The position numbers were made by a program, and so were the translations under genes. Below, one piece after another: positions 26,595-29,066 of a stretch of DNA of 29,066 nt. Under the pieces are notes generated by a model. That model was not told where the DNA came from and ran no database searches. It saw nothing but the letters and a program-made list of their open reading frames with translations. Each line of letters begins with the position of its first letter. Position 1 is the first letter of the stretch. This DNA is from an uncultured Roseobacteraceae bacterium (GTDB lineage: Bacteria; Bacteroidota; Bacteroidia; Cytophagales; Flammeovirgaceae), in contig CAZFQW010000001.1 in NCBI GenBank assembly GCA_964521225.1, positions 1 to 29,066 on the forward strand, read 5' to 3'.

Positions 26595-27929
26595 ATGGGA
26601 TTAGTAGATATGGTAATGCCTTCTATGGGAGAAGGAATTATGGAAGCCACGGTACTGAGTTGGCTGAAAAATGTAGGCGACACAATTGAACAAGATGAAT
26701 CTGTTCTTGAAGTTGCAACCGATAAGGTTGATACTGAAGTCCCTGCCACATACGATGGGGTTATTGAAGAGCTCTTAGTAAACGAAGGAGATGTCGTAGA
26801 AGTAGGCAAACCTGTTGCTCGTGTAAGAGTATCTCAGGAAGAAGGGGGGAATTCTAACAGCAATTCTATTGACTCGCCACAAGCTGAGTTAGCCCCTGCT
26901 TTAGTAGCGGAAGCCCCTCATATAAATGGGTATGAAAGTAAAAATCATCCTTTAAACACTGCTGCCTCTGATAGGTTTTACTCTCCTTTGGTGAAAAGCA
27001 TCGCTAAAACCGAAAATATTTCTTTACAGGAGTTAGAAAAAATACAGGGAAGTGGGAAAGAAAGCAGAGTTACCAAAAGTGATATATTAAATTATATCGA
27101 AGAAAAGCAATTGAAAGATGAAGCCTCTTCACTTACCTCTGTAGTACCCCCTGCCCCTACTAAAAAAGCAGAAAAAGAAGTCTATGAGCCTTCAATTTCT
27201 GCCTCTGCTTCCTCCAATGGTCCTGCTGAAATTATAGAGATGGACCGAATGCGTAAGATGATTGCCCAACGTATGGTGGCTTCTAAGCAAACTTCGCCAC
27301 ACGTTTCGTCTTTTGTTGAGGCTGATTTAACGGCGGTTGTCAATTGGAGAAATAAAATTAAAAACAGCTTTAAACAACAGCATGGTGGTTCATTTACCTT
27401 CACCCCTATTTTTGTTGAAGCTATCGCCAAAGCCATTGCAGATTTCCCCATGATTAATATTTCGGTCGATGGCGATAAAATAATCAAGCACAGTGGTATA
27501 AATGTGGGTGTACCTGTTGCCTTACCTTCGGGTAATTTAATAGTTCCTGTAATTAAACATGCCAACCACTACAGTTTAATCGGCTTAGCACTTAAGGTAA
27601 ACGATTTGGCAAAAAGAGCCAGAGAGAATAAGCTATCTCCGGACGATATACAGGGCGGCACTTATACAATTTCTAATATTGGCACTTTCGGAAATATCTT
27701 AGGCACCCCTATTATTATGCAACCTCAAGTAGCAATTATGGCTTTTGGGGCAATCAGTAAAAAGCCAGCCGTACTCGAAACCTCCGAAGGAGATGTAATT
27801 GCAATTAGACACAAAATGTATCTTTCACACTCTTATGATCATCGAGTTGTCGACGGCTCTTTAGGAGGTATGTTTGTAAAAAGAGTAGCTGAATACTTAG
27901 AAGGCTTCGACATTAGCCAAACGTTATAA
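26595..27929 (+). CDS. 2-oxoacid dehydrogenase E2 (dihydrolipoamide acyltransferase, likely branched-chain type)
   Basis: Lipoyl domain EVATDKVDTE, E3-binding domain YSPLVKSIA...GSGKESRVTKSDI, catalytic SYDHRVVDG. Confidence 0.95.
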   Translation: MGLVDMVMPSMGEGIMEATVLSWLKNVGDTIEQDESVLEVATDKVDTEVPATYDGVIEELLVNEGDVVEVGKPVARVRVSQEEGGNSNSNSIDSPQAELAPALVAEAPHINGYESKNHPLNTAASDRFYSPLVKSIAKTENISLQELEKIQGSGKESRVTKSDILNYIEEKQLKDEASSLTSVVPPAPTKKAEKEVYEPSISASASSNGPAEIIEMDRMRKMIAQRMVASKQTSPHVSSFVEADLTAVVNWRNKIKNSFKQQHGGSFTFTPIFVEAIAKAIADFPMINISVDGDKIIKHSGINVGVPVALPSGNLIVPVIKHANHYSLIGLALKVNDLAKRARENKLSPDDIQGGTYTISNIGTFGNILGTPIIMQPQVAIMAFGAISKKPAVLETSEGDVIAIRHKMYLSHSYDHRVVDGSLGGMFVKRVAEYLEGFDISQTL

Positions 27930-27945
27930 CTTAAGAACATTCTTG

Positions 27946-28881
27946 ATGTACCTTCACTTTTTATTATTAAGAATAAAGCAAGGCGAACGGTTTCTGCTCG
28001 AAATAGGAACCGTTCGCCTCATCATAGTTTTTGGTTTTCTAATTTATTTAAGTATCGGATTTTGGGATGTTTTAAAAAATTCTTCTGCTGCAAATCTTAG
28101 TGTTTTTTTAGTGCTAAGTACCCTTGCAACCGTTCATTTCCAACGAGCCGACCAAGGCTTCTTGGTGCATTTCCCTATTAAGCCGCAAATTCTTTTTGTG
28201 CTAGAATATCTTGCTATCGGTCTGGTGTTTATTGCTACTTTAAGCTTAAAATGGTATTGGCTACAAGCACTTACCTTACTACTTGGGATTGGGGTAATTG
28301 CTCATATTCCAATTAAAAAGCAGGTACTAAATATAAAAATCATTCCCCTTCCTTTTATAATGACCCCTGCATTTGAATGGAAAAGCGGCGTTAGAAAGAG
28401 CTTTTTACCTCTTTTACTTTTATATATTGTTGCGCTAAGCTTGCTAAAAACACCTTTTGCCATGCCCTTGGGTGTCATCACTTTAGGGTTAATTGTCAGT
28501 GGGTTTTATATGGAAAGTGAACCCATTTTAATGCTAGAAACTGTTGGCCACGCTCCTAAAAAAATATTATTCCACAAAGTAAAAATAGCCGCTATCCATT
28601 TTCTCATTTTTACAGCCCCCTTCCTAGCGCTATCACTCATTTTTTATGCTGAATGGTGGTTTCTTTCCCTCTATACATTTATTGCCGGGCTTTTCATCAT
28701 TTCTTTCGCCATTGTAATGAAATACGCACTTTATGAGCCTAACCAGCCGCTACAGCTCAATGGATTTTTAGTTGGCTTTGTTACCTTTAGTCTTGTTGTT
28801 CCTTTTCTAGCACCCGTGCCTTTTGTAATGCTTTTTGTGTATGGCCGTAAAGCTATTGTTAACCTCAAAAACTACCTTTAA
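27946..28881 (+). CDS. Multi-pass membrane protein, probable ABC exporter permease
   Basis: Many hydrophobic segments; its TAA overlaps the ATG of an ABC ATPase (alternative TTG start at 27943). Confidence 0.7.
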   Translation: MYLHFLLLRIKQGERFLLEIGTVRLIIVFGFLIYLSIGFWDVLKNSSAANLSVFLVLSTLATVHFQRADQGFLVHFPIKPQILFVLEYLAIGLVFIATLSLKWYWLQALTLLLGIGVIAHIPIKKQVLNIKIIPLPFIMTPAFEWKSGVRKSFLPLLLLYIVALSLLKTPFAMPLGVITLGLIVSGFYMESEPILMLETVGHAPKKILFHKVKIAAIHFLIFTAPFLALSLIFYAEWWFLSLYTFIAGLFIISFAIVMKYALYEPNQPLQLNGFLVGFVTFSLVVPFLAPVPFVMLFVYGRKAIVNLKNYL

Positions 28882-29066
28882 TGTTGTCTATCCAAGGTCT
28901 GCATAAATCGTTTAAGGGTCATATTGTTTTAGATAATCTTAGCTTAAAGATTGGCAATGGCAGTATTAACGGAATAGTAGGGATGAATGGTGCTGGCAAA
29001 ACTACCTTACTCAACATAATTTGGGGAAAATTAGCCCCTACCGAATGTACGCATCTACAATGGGAA
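28881..29066 (+). CDS. ABC transporter ATP-binding protein (5' part, truncated by the window end)
   Basis: Translated by hand: MLSIQGLHKSFKGHIVLDNLSLKIGNGSINGIVGMNGAGKTTLLNII (Walker A). Confidence 0.92.
   Translation, partial: MLSIQGLHKSFKGHIVLDNLSLKIGNGSINGIVGMNGAGKTTLLNIIWGKLAPTECTHLQWE

Noticed and set aside
20460-27565. Track ORFs 20460..20735, 20972..21208, 22073..22297, 23487..23786, 26531..26809, 27182..27565 (also 14129..14314)
   Set aside because: Antisense shadows of confidently assigned genes.

Overview
Bacteroidota chromosome segment, probably Cytophagales-like (TTTG-N19-TAnnTTTG promoters, generally no Shine-Dalgarno sites, phylum-typical gene families). No mobile element, CRISPR array or rRNA was seen. 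It holds two core translation blocks on the minus strand: tRNA-Tyr/Gly/Thr-tuf-tRNA-Trp-secE-nusG-rplKAJL, and rplC-rplD-rplW-rplB-rpsS-rplV-rpsC. Both are cut out of the usual superoperon. rplL is followed by a terminator rather than rpoB, and the S10 block lacks rpsJ in front and rplP behind, having its own promoter, leader hairpin and terminator. Around them lie a partial secreted HExxH/beta-propeller protein, two exported sugar-isomerase-fold lipoproteins, a PolX-PHP, an ECF sigma/anti-sigma/Spy-like trio, kynU, a RecD-like helicase, ispF, yceI, a 2-oxoacid dehydrogenase E2 and an ABC pair. The best leads are: (1) a stand-alone DxDD class II terpene-cyclase-like protein at 24001-25065; (2) a secreted fusion of a degenerate CE4/NodB domain to an intact NagZ-type GH3 at 18096-19853; (3) the fragmented ribosomal operons, which share an extended promoter TAnnTTTGCACTCC and include a candidate attenuator leader; (4) apparent pseudo-enzymes (PolX polymerase site, thiamine pyrophosphokinase-like protein). 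All family calls come from motif recognition by eye; no database search was run.
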